In this document: positions 12,401-24,600 of the stretch, piece by piece
Layout: every line of letters starts with the position of its first letter
How positions within the stretch are numbered: position 1 is the stretch's first letter
Assembly (NCBI RefSeq): GCF_006345805.1
Contig: NC_043007.1
Coordinates: 9,796,001 to 9,860,000 of the forward strand
Length of the DNA stretch: 64,000 bases
Reading direction: 5' to 3'
Source: Octopus sinensis
Lineage: Eukaryota
Translations under genes and position numbers: made by a program
The notes under the pieces: model-generated
The model's input: only the letters and a program-made list of their open reading frames with translations
Databases searched by the model: none
Told to the model about the DNA's origin: nothing

Positions 12401-15400
12401 ACTTAATCCGTTTGTCTGTCCTTCTTTATCCCCTTTATGTTTAACCCCTTGTGGGCAATAAAGAAATAAGAAACTGAAAGAAGTGTATATGTGTATGTAT
12501 GTATGTATGTGTGTCTCCTTGACTTGATATCACTTCACAGTTGTAAGTAGGTGTCACTGTCATACAAATAGTGTTATTCATTTTCAATATTCTACAGAAA
12601 CATGGCCATGGGTGAATATTACCTTGCTTGGAAACAGTAAGGGATAGTGCCGGGAAAAGTATCTGGCCATAATAAAATTGCTTGAACCAACTCCATCTGA
12701 CCCATGCAAGCACAGTAAAGTTAACATTGAAATGATGATAATGTCGCAAAGTACTTTGCGCTGATTGTAATTTTTCTTAATGTTTTTGTTTTCCTTTGAA
12801 GGTACCCCTTAGCATCAGCAGACGATGGCGATCGGCAAAAGCTGCCACTTACGAACAAACACTGTTGAATGTACCTGAAACTCAAGTGACAACTTTGGCC
12901 AATGGTATACGAGTTGCAACTGAAGACTCTGGGATTCCCACTTGTACTGTAAGTTTCTGCTTTTTAAATCCTTAAAATCCTTTAAAATGTTATAGCCCGA
13001 AGGCCGTGGCCATGCTGGGGCACAACTGCTGGAAAAAAAAAATATATGGAATGCTTCACGAATTGGCGTACAAACATGGCATTTAATCCTTACTACTATA
13101 GGTACAAGTCCTGAAATTGCAAAAGAGGGGACTAGTCAATTACATTGACCCCCAACAAAAGATGAAAGGCAAAGTGGAATTTCAATTTTGAATGTATTGA
13201 CAGGCAAAATTCCGCTAAGCATTGAATTCCAGGGGTATATATTTTTTTAAGAGGAAAAGGCGGCAAGCTGGCAGACACGTCAGTGCGCTGGGCGAAATGC
13301 TTAGCGGTATTTCGTCTGTCGTTACATTCTGAGTTCAAATTCCGCTGAGGTCGACTTTGCCTTTCATTCTTTCAGGGTCGATAAATAAAGTACCAGTTTC
13401 ACACTGGGATTGATGTAATCGACTTAATCCCTTTGTCTGTCCTTGTTTGTCCCCTCTATGTTTAGCCCCTTGTGGGTAATAAAGAAATAACTATTTCGTC
13501 TGTCATTACATTCTGAGTTCAAATTCCGCCAAGGTCGACTTTGCCTTTCATCCTTTCAGGGTCGATAAATAAAGTACCAGTTTCACACTGGGGTCGATGT
13601 AATCGACTTAATCCCTTTGTCTGTCCTTATTTGTCCCCTCTATGTTTAGCCCCTTGTGGGCAATAAAGAAATATATATATATATTTTTTTAAGAGGAATT
13701 GTTCTGTCATTTAATGCACAATATATGCAAGATGTTGTAAAGGTAGTAGGAGGAGAGATAAATGTATCAGAGTAGGAGTGAGGATTCTGACCGAAGTTTA
13801 CATTATTTTCTCTAAACAAATCAACAGTTGTGTGAACAGTGATGTGAATGAAAGATCTCACTTTAAAAGTTCATTAATGTTTTATATATATACTAGACTA
13901 CCCGTGACCCATTGGGTCACTGACGGCTCAGATTATAAAACATTGAAGCTGATTTTAACATTGCATTGAAATGAAAATTAATTTTATGATGATTCAGTTA
14001 AATATTTCAATTCGTTCATGTCATCATAGATCTGGTTTCGAAGTTCATGTTTAAGGTTTTATTAATTATTTACAGTATCTAATAGAAATAGAATGTCCGG
14101 GATGAACTTGAACTCCAGTAACAGCATTTATTTATGGCTTATGTGCACACTTCTACAAAAATGCAAAAGAAATTGTTATATAACATAAACATAAAATTAA
14201 TAAAAAAAATCTTCGCAGTATTATATATCCCTATTTCAGAGTTATGTTACTTTCAGAGTATTTTCCCATTATGCGCCATTTTGACTATTTATGAAGGTAC
14301 CCCAAAAAAAATCACATATCTCGGAAATCCATAGTCCGATTAACTCGAAACTTGTTTTATTCCAGTTGTATTCACATTTCAAGGCTACCTTACTTTCAGA
14401 GTATTTTCCCATTTTGCGCCAGTTTGGCTGTATTGAATTACAGACAAGCACGCACACATGGAAGCAAGCAGTCACAGTTTTTGTAGTATATAGATATATA
14501 TGTGTGAGTGTGTTGTAATGAGCTGTGCTATTATTAGTGTTTTTTTTCTCTTTGGCTTGTACAAATGTCTTCTACTTTAGCCCTGGTCCAACCAATGCCT
14601 TATAAGTAAATTTGGTAGATGGTCACTGAAAGGTGCCTATCATGTATGTCATCATCATCATCATCGTTTAACATCCACTTTCCATGCTAGCATAGGTTGG
14701 ACGATTTGACTGAGGACTGGCAAACCAGATGGCTGCACCAGGCTCCAATCTTGATCTGGCAGAGTTTCTACAGCTGGATGCCCTTCCTAATGCCAACCAC
14801 TCCGAGAATGTAGTAGGTGCTTTTATGTACCACCGGCACGAGGGCCAGTCCAGTGGCACTGGCAACAACCTCACTCAAGTGGGGTTTTTTTCACGTGCCA
14901 TTCGGGCAACGCTGGCAACAATCACGCTCGAATGGCGCTTTTTACGTGCCACCAGCACGGAAGCCACTTAGCCGCTCTGATACAACGATCACGCTCGGAT
15001 GGTGCATGTGTATACATGTGTGTGTGTGTGTGTTTTAGTGTCTTCTTGCCTTGACATTGCCTGAGAGTTGTAAACAAGTGCCACCATTATGCAAATATTG
15101 CCCTTTATTTTCATTCTTCCATGAAAATTTGTTTGATCATGGGGAAATATTACCTTGGAAAAGGCAAGGGTTGGTGATAGGAAGGGCATCCTGCCATAGA
15201 AAATGCATCTCATCAAATTCCATCCAGCCCATGCAATCACAAAAAAAGTGGACATTCAAATGATGTTGATGATATCCATTATAATAATCCGTGCCATTGT
15301 TATTGTTTGTTTTTAAGTTATGTATCTGACTGTTGTAACAATTTTTTTTATTATTCTTCTTTTGTACTTGTGTATGTGTCTCTTATAATGTACTATTCTT

Positions 15401-15635
15401 GTTTGTTTTCTTCTCAAGGTTGGCTTGTGGATCGATGCTGGCAGCAGGTTCGAAAATGACAGCAATAACGGTGTGGCACATTTCTTGGAGCATATGATAT
15501 TCAAAGGAACATCAAAACGTTCCCAAACTAGTCTGGAGCTTGAAGTTGAAAACATGGGTGCCCATCTGAATGCCTACACTTCTCGTGAACAGACAGTCTA
15601 TTATGCCAAGTGCTTCAGTAAAGATTTACCTCAAG

Positions 15636-15668
<33 letters not shown>

Positions 15669-17006
15669 GAGTGAGAGAGCAGTGCGTGCCATCAAAGTAA
15701 CACTGGGGTAAACTATACAAAGCCCGGTATACTCATCATGACTACCCGTCCGATGAGGGTACACCAGGCACGTGCATCACAACCATATGTGCGCAACATG
15801 GTGGCCTTACATCAAGATAAGCAGCGCATGACCTCGCAGGTAGGGCCCAGTTAAAATTCTCTTCAGGTTGAGTACCCCATCCCGCTCAAAAGGTCCCTGA
15901 ATAAGAGTAGTTCAAGGATGTTGAATGAAACACCCTTGTTTCCAGAGGTGAATTATTCAAACGCCAAAGAATTCCTCTCAACACATGGCTATGATGCTTC
16001 CCCACTTATTATTATTACTATTATTATTATTATTAAGGCAGTGAGCTGGCAGACTCATTAGCATGCCAGGCAAAATGCTTAGCAACATTTCATTCATCTT
16101 TATATTCTGGGTTCAAAATCTGCCAGGGTCGACTTTGCCTTCCATCCTTCCAAAGTCAATAAGCACCAGTGAAACACTGGGGTTGATGTAATCGACTAGT
16201 CCTCTCCCCCCAAATTTCAGGCCTTGTGCCTTTAGTAGAAAGGTTTGTTATTATTATTGACTAGCAGTATCGCCCGGCGTTGCTCGGGTTTGTAAGGGAA
16301 ATAACTATAAAGGAATTTTTTGAGAGTTATAGCCAAAAAATAGCAAAAAAGTGGGAAAAAAAAGATGGTAAATTATTTTTGATAGTTAAAAAGGTCGAGT
16401 TGCGTCCCCATGACCATCTGTGGTTTGTATTTCTGATTGTGTACCCCATGTGGAATTTATCGATCTTTTTCAGAACTGGGGGAACTTTTCAAAATTTTCG
16501 CTGCGTTAGTTTTGAATTATGATATTGGGCTATGTGTGTGTCAAGTTTCATCAGAATCGGTTGAAAGCCGTGGTCAGGGTGAGGGTACAAGCAAACAGAC
16601 ACACAGAAACACACACAGACAAACTGCCGTTTATATAGAGAGAGATATTAGGGTGGTGAGCTGGCAGAATCATTAGAATGCTTAGCGGCATTTGGTCTGG
16701 CCTTATGTTCTGAATTCAGATTCCACCAAGGTTAACCTTGCCTTTATCCTTTCGGGGTCAATAAAATAAGTACCAGTTTAGTACTGGGGTTGATGTAATC
16801 GACTTATCCCCTTCTTTGAATTTGCTGGCCTTGTACCAAAATTTGAAACCATCATTATTAGCAGCAGCAAGTTGGCAAAACCATTAACATTATGGGCAAA
16901 ATGCATAGTGGCATTTCATCTTTTTTACATTCTGAGTTCAAATTCCACTGAGGTTGACTTTGCTTTCCATCCTTTTAGGGTCTGTAAAATAAGTACCAGT
17001 TGAAAT

Positions 17007-17043
<37 letters not shown>

Positions 17044-18587
17044 CACACATGCTGAGAACCCCCTTCGGTCATGACTGACCACGGGCTTGCACCTAGAAAG
17101 TTACCCTCCCAGGCACATGTTCTGGCAAGGTTGTTTATGGAAGACCATCAGTCATCCATGCATACCGGCCTCCCCTCTCCACGCCACCAGTGTTATCCAA
17201 GGGAAAGGCAAAGGGGCCGATACAGCTTGGCACCTGTGACATCGCAACTCCTTTCTACAGCTGAGTGATCTGGAACAACGTGAAATAAAGTGTCTTACTC
17301 AAGAATACAACATGCAGCCTGGTCCAGGATTCGAACTCACAACCTCACGATCGTAAGCTCAACGCTCTAACCACTGAGCCACATATATATATATATATGA
17401 CAGGCTTCTTTCAGTTTATCTCTGCTAAATCTACTCACAAGGCTTTCTACTATAGCCTGGGGTTCTAGTGGAAGACACTTACCTGAAGTGCCACACAGTG
17501 GGAATGCACTGAAGACTACATGGTTAGGAAGCAAGCTTCTTGACCACACAGCTATGCCTGCTCAAGGATTAAATTATTCAGCATAGTCCTCCATTATTTA
17601 GATAGTGTGGTGAGGATTAAGGGAGATTTCACTGCTATTTCTAGCAGCTGAAATGACTGCTTCAAGGCTCTGATATCTCCATTGTAACCTACTCAGCCTG
17701 GTACTAAGATCTCTTTTTCCACTTACCCTAATATCACCTTCATCCATACACTTCAGCAACCCCAGTGTTTTCTTGCTCTTACATGGACTTTGGTTGTTTC
17801 TGATTACAGCTCTTGACATTCTTTCGGATATCATACAAAACAGTACTCTAGGTGAGCAGGAAATTGAACGTGAGCGTGGAGTCATCCTTCGGGAAATGCA
17901 GGTCAGTGTGTCTTTGGTCATTCTCCAAATTACCTCATCTCTCTTTCTCTATATCCCTTTGAAATTTCTGTCCTCTTTTTCGTCATCATTTGGCGTCTGT
18001 ATGTTGAACAGTTTAACTGGATGCCCTGCCTAATGCCAAGCACTTCACATACAGTGTACTGGGTGCTTTTTCATGTCTCTAGCTCTTGTGAAGTTACCAA
18101 GTAGCTCACGAGGCAAGATACCTTGATTGGGAGTAATAGCGAGAGGAAGTGGTTTATGCCAGGAGCTGAGAGGTAAGATTGTGATAGAGGGGTAAAAACT
18201 GGTGCATTGCTGAAGAGTAGTGTTTCTCAACCTTTTTACCCTTGCGTAACCCTTAAAATAAATTACATATCTCAAGGAACCCCTGCACAAAAAAATTATA
18301 TACCATATCTTTCTCATTTTTTTCATTGTAGTTCGCATTGTAAATATCATATATATGTATATATTGGGTTGTCCAGAAAGTTTGTGCCGATTTTTAAAGA
18401 AAAGAAAAAGGTCAATAAATACTTGCCATTACATTTTTAATCAACCAAATATGAACCATTTTGTTGCACAATGCATCTCCATCTTTTCTTTAACTGGAAA
18501 ATACCCTCTTCCCAGAATTGAGGTGCCTGGGAGGGTAAGTCAAAAGGTAAACTACTATAAATCGACACAAACTTTCCGGACAACCCA

Positions 18588-18618
<31 letters not shown>

Positions 18619-21600
18619 GTCCATAAATTACAGACATCACTAAATATATCCCCAATGGTTGTTATATTTTTTGATAACATAATAGGTTAGATAGGATGAT
18701 GTCTATATTACAATAACCAATAGTATGTTGTGCATGTATGGTGATATTACGATCGTGAAATTAGCATTAGCTTATCGTATTCACTTCTCGCGGAACCCCT
18801 AGGAACCTTTTGCAGAAACCTAGGTTTCCAGGGAACCCCGATTGAGAAACACTACTGTAGAGGGGAAAAGAGGGAAGAAGATGGAGGTGATATTATTTCT
18901 TTCTCTTCCCTTCTCTCTGAAACCCTACCATCTTGTTTCCCCATCTAATTTTATAAACACTTCCCTAATTCTATTCCAATTTTGTATTTTCCCAGTTAAG
19001 GTTTATAGCTGCTTTATCATGGTACCTCGTGCCGATTCACCTACAAAACATGAAGTGATTTAATTCCTGTTTGTTTTTGCTTGTGTTTTAGGAAGTTGAG
19101 ACTAATCTCCAAGAAGTTATATTTGACCATCTTCATTCAATAGCTTACCAAGGTACACCTCTTGGCCGTACAATCTTAGGACCCACTGAGAATATTAAGT
19201 AAGCAAGCTGATATTTCTATTTATCTATTTTTCGTAGCTTATTTGAGATAGATTAGTTTTAACAGCTTATCTGATGGAGATTGAAATCCATCTACCACCA
19301 CGACCACCCCCACCATTGGCAGCAGTTTAATGTTAACTCACACAGCTTTTGTCTAAGATTGCACACCAACATACCTTGACAACCATCTTGCCCTGTGTAC
19401 CTTGACACATTGTCATCAGAAAGACTGTGCTACATTCATGTGTGTGTGTTTAAAAGTATTAATAAAAAATACTTGATACAATCTCAATATTTGCATGTCA
19501 TCCTCGTTTATTCCTTTGAAATTTCAATTTCTTAGTACCACTTTATACTTAACTGATGCTTCATTTCACAGTATATCTGAGTCCAGGTGATTAGCATCAC
19601 AATGCCTATGCAAAGTATAAAAATTTATATATATATATCATCATCTCTTAACATATGTTGGCCATGCTAGCATGGGCTAGACAGTGTGACGAAAGTTGGC
19701 AAGCTGGGGGCTTCACCAAACTCCAGTCTGATTGGCATGGTTTCCACGGCTGGATTCGCCTCATAACACCAATCACATTACAGTGTGTGCTGGATGCTTT
19801 TACATGGTACTACACAGGTGCTTTCACATGGCACTGTACAGATGCTTTTACATGTTGCCACACAGACACTTTTACGAGGCACCACCATGGGTGCTTTACA
19901 CAACCAGAAGGTTCGGTCTAAACACTTTTGCTGCAGGCTACAGGTCTTCTTGAGTACAGCCAGGTGTCTCAGTCCTTCGTCATCTTGCCTGAAAGGTTCA
20001 GCTTCCTGAGACCATTTTTCAGTACTTCATCCCATGTCTTCCTGAGTCTCCCACTTCTACAAGTTCCATCCATTTTGATTGAGAGATCGGCACTTCTTTA
20101 TGGAACTGTTGGCATTCATCCATATTACATAACAAAACCAGCACAGTCTCCTCTCTTGTTCACAGCAACAAATTCCCCTTATGCCTAACTTCTCTCTCAG
20201 AACACTGGCACTCTGCCAAACATGTACACTTACATTACACATCCAATATAAATGTACACTTACATTACACATCCAATATAAATGTGAGGTTATATATAAA
20301 AACAGTTTACATTAAGCTTCAGGATCACTCAATACTTTTCATTAGAGTGCCTAAGTATTAATTTTTACAAGGGAAAGGTTGATAGTGGCCTAGAATACAT
20401 TACCTCAAATCTTGATCCTGTTAATTGATTTAATGGTTATTTTCTTTTAATTTCTTTTCATTTTCTGAAGGACTATTAACCGCAATGACCTCAAAGAATA
20501 TATTTCCACTCATTACAAGGGTCCACGTATTGTCCTGGCCGCTGCTGGTGGTAAGTGATACTTTTCTTCTTGGCTGTTTTTGTTTTTTAACAGACTGCAG
20601 TTATTACATGTAACTGGGACACAAGCATATTTAATTCATTAATTTAGCAGCGTCTTCTGAGGTGGTGCGGGTTGTGATATGGTGTAGAGACACTCACGAC
20701 TGTAAGACGATATACATCATAAGGCGGCGAGCTGGCAGAAACGTTAGCATGCCAGGCGAAATGCTTAGCGGTATTTCGTCTGCCGCTATGTTCTGAGTTC
20801 AAATTCCGCCGAGGTCAACTTTGCCGTTCATCCTTTTGGGGTTGATTAAATAAGTACCAGTCACGCACTGGTGTCGATATAAATGACTTAATCCGTTTGT
20901 CTGTCCTTGTTTGTCCTCTCTGTGTTTAGCCCCTTGTGGGTAATAAAGAAATAGATATACATTGTCATCATCATTTCGTATCCACTTTTCCATGCTTGCA
21001 TGGGTCAAACAGAATTTGTTGTGGCAGATTTTCTATGGCCAGATGCCCTTTGTGTTGCTAACCCTCACCTGTTTCCAAGCAAAGTAATGTTTCTTCATTG
21101 CTTGACATGTTTTTCACAGAAGATTAGAAAAGAACACCCTTCTTTGTATGTTGATATGATGCTCATTTTCAACAGTCACATGATATCTAGATAAGAGTAA
21201 ACACAAACAAACACACATACATAATGTGTGTGTGTGTGTATCACAAACATGCATACATTTTTTCACGCTAAGAGTTGCTGAAGCCTGGAACAAACTGCCG
21301 GCATCAGTTGTTAGTTGTCGGAGCACTGCATCCTTCAAAACTTCCATGCTTTCTGAGATTCGCCAACACTACACCTGATTTTCTCCCCTCCATACACACA
21401 CAAGCATGTATCTGACTCATACATTGTTTGCTTTCCAGACATTTTTACGTTACTGCATGTACTTTATATGCACTTTCTGACAAGTTGCATCTCATCTAAA
21501 CTAACTCTCTCTCTAATTAGTTGGGCTATGACCCTCTCCGTAACTTTCATTACCTGATCCAACAGCTTGATACCTCTGTAATTATTTGTATCTAGGGCAT

Positions 21601-24600
21601 CACCTTTACCTTTGTAGCAGTTGACTAGTATGCTGCTACACCAGTCATTGGGTATGACTCCTTCGTGTATCACCTGGTTAACTATACGGGTGACTAGGTT
21701 ATAGCCGACACTGCCAGATATTTTGAGCATCTCTGTAGTAATTCCTGATGGGCCTGGGGCTTTCCCTGTCTTCATGCTTCTAATTGCCTTAGCTACCACG
21801 GAACTATCAACTCAGATAGCTGGTCCCTCTGTTGGATCAACATTCGGCAGACTCTCTTTATCCCATTCATTTTCTTTATTCAGCAACCTTTCATAGTGGC
21901 ATCTCCAAACCTCTCTCTTTGCATCCTCATTTAGCGCAAGTGAACCATCATCCATGCGAACTCACTTCTCTCCTACCACATCACGATTCTCTCTCACACA
22001 CTGTCTTGCAATGCAAAATACCTCAAGTCTTTCATCCTCACAGCTCAGAACATTGGCAAATTTTTTCTTATCCGCTTCCCCTCTGGCTAAATAAACCTGT
22101 CTCCTAGCTTCCCTTCTGGCTGTCTGATACAATTCCCTGCTACCACCGTTCTTCCAGTCCTTCCAAGCCTGTCTCTTTTGTCTAATAGCCCTGTCAACCA
22201 CAGTGTTCCACCACCATGTTACTCTGGGTCGAGATGGTACTTTGCTCCATCCACAGATCTGGTCAGTGGCTGTCAGCAGATTGTCCCGTAGAAATCTCCA
22301 GTTGTCTTCCACATTAAGTGAAGCTATATCCCCTTCTATTTCGTCAAAGGCTTCGAGTAGTATATCTCTAAATCTCTGTCCATTTGCAGGATCTTTAAGC
22401 TTCCAGACCCTTCTCCTCCAAGCTGGTCTTCTTCTGGTCAACCATTTAGCTCTGATCCTGAAGTCGCTAACTACTAATCTATGTTGAGGAGTACATTCTT
22501 CGCCTGGAAAGGTTTTGGCATTTATGATCAGCCCTCTTTCCCTTTTTCTGGCAAGGATATAGTCAATCTGGCTGGTGTGTCTGCCAGAACGGTAGGTGAC
22601 TAGGTGAGAGGTGGGTTTCCTGAAGTTGGTATTGCAGACCATAAGGTCATTTGCATCGCAGAACTCCAGCAGCCTGGTTCCCTCCTCATTACGAGAGCCA
22701 AAACCGTAGCCTCCATGGACGCCATGGAAGCCCCCGACATGCCGTCCAACATGTCCATTGAAATCACCTGCCACGAAGAGAAGGTCACTGTCATTTGTCA
22801 ACGAGGTAGTCCGCAATAGGGTGTCATAGAATTGGTCTTTTTGTCCTTCCGGTAGCCCTGGTTGAGGGGCATATGCCGAGATGATGGTAGCTGTCCTATG
22901 GTGAAGGACTAATCTAATTTTAATTACTCTGTCACTTACTCTGACTACCTCGATTACCTTATCTACCCATTTCTCTGCAAGAAGTATACCCACGCCCCCG
23001 ATCCCGTCAGTGTTCCCTGCCCAGAAAATCTTGTACCTGTGTTCCTTGCCTGTGAGGAGCCTAGCGGAACCTCCTCTCCACCTTACTTCCTGGATGCAGC
23101 ATACATCCACACGTCTCCGTTCAAGCAGCTCTACAATCTCTCCAGACCTACCTTTCAATGTGCCAACTCTAAGGGTGTGGGAGGTGTGGGCTTCTGAGAC
23201 CCTGGGATGAGGGACAGCCGTGTCATGTACCTGAAAAGAAAGCTTGCATTTGGCAGATTTCATATGGAAACACTAGACTACAACCTGCATACATTTCACA
23301 ATTTTTTGCGCTATATGATCAGATAAATCCTACATAGAGGTGCGAGTGGGGGTGGGGAGTAGTTAAGTAAGACAGAGGTCGAAACTTCCGGTATTGGTGG
23401 AGGGGGTGGGAGGGCGGGGGAACATCGAAGCAACTAGTTTGAATATAATTCGTAAGGAATTCTCTCTGCAATAAAATTACTGAATTTGAGGGGAAAAATA
23501 ATTAGATAAATGAATGAAAAAAGAATAAATAATAAATACGATATGATATGATACGAGGGAGCATATTTTGAAGGAGAATGGAATAAACAATGAAGATGGC
23601 GCTGAAAGTAAAGGTGGAGTTTAAAAATGCATGAAGACGCCATGTTTAGAGATAAATAGAGAAACGAAAGGGGAGCAGATCAAGGTATCCAAACAAACGC
23701 TTAAAAATATGAAAGTAACAGGTTGGAAGTTAAGGTCTTAGCTGGCCATTTTTGAAAATCCGTGTTTTCTCTGGAGGTGTAGCGAGTAATGAGGAGGGGA
23801 TACGATCATCCACTGGCTTATAAGGAATTAGGGATTTGTGTGTGTGTGAGGGGGGGGTCAGGAACACGAGGAGAGAGAGAGAGAACATCGAAGCAACTAG
23901 TTTGAATATAATTCGTAAGGAATTCTCTCTGCAATAAAATTACTGAATTTGAGGGGAAAAATAATTAGATAAATGAATGTAAAAAAAAATAAATAATAAA
24001 TACGATATGATATGATATGATACGAGGGAGCCTATTTTGAAGGAGAATGTGTTCCAGTTGTTATATTAATGTTTCTGTTTATCTTACAGGTGTGAACCAT
24101 GACAATCTGGTCAAGCTATCTGAGCAGTATTTTGGCAACATCACTGCTGGTTATGATTCAGAAATCCCCATCAGTGCACCTTGCCGCTTTACTGGCTGTG
24201 ATGTAGGTATATCTCTTCATAATAAACAACTAAACAATCATCATCATCATCATTTAGCATCTGCTTTCCCAGCTGGCATGGGTCGGTCGGTTTGACTGAA
24301 AACTGATAAGGATGGAGGTTTGCACTAGCTTCCAGTCTGATTTGGCATGGTTTCTACGGCTGGATGCCCTTCCTAATGCCAACCACTCCAAGAGTGTAGT
24401 GGGTGTTTTTTCATGTGGCATGGGTGCCATTGACTTGACACTGGCTTCAGCCACGATTACGGTCTCACTTGGCTTAGCAGGTCTACACAAGCATGGTATA
24501 TTGCCAAAGATCTTGGTCACCTTTCCCTGCTTCCATAAGGTCCAACGCTTGAATGGTGCTTTTTATGTGCCACCAGCACAGGTGCCAGTCAGATGTCACT

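Noticed and set aside
21962-23263. 433-aa ORF as a host gene (domesticated endonuclease)
   Set aside because: It is an RTE LINE ORF with a deletion in the first endonuclease motif, in-frame stops and a truncated RT.
23420-24049. Direct repeats as LTRs of a TRIM
   Set aside because: No TG..CA termini, PBS or TSD; better explained as part of the RTE upstream region.
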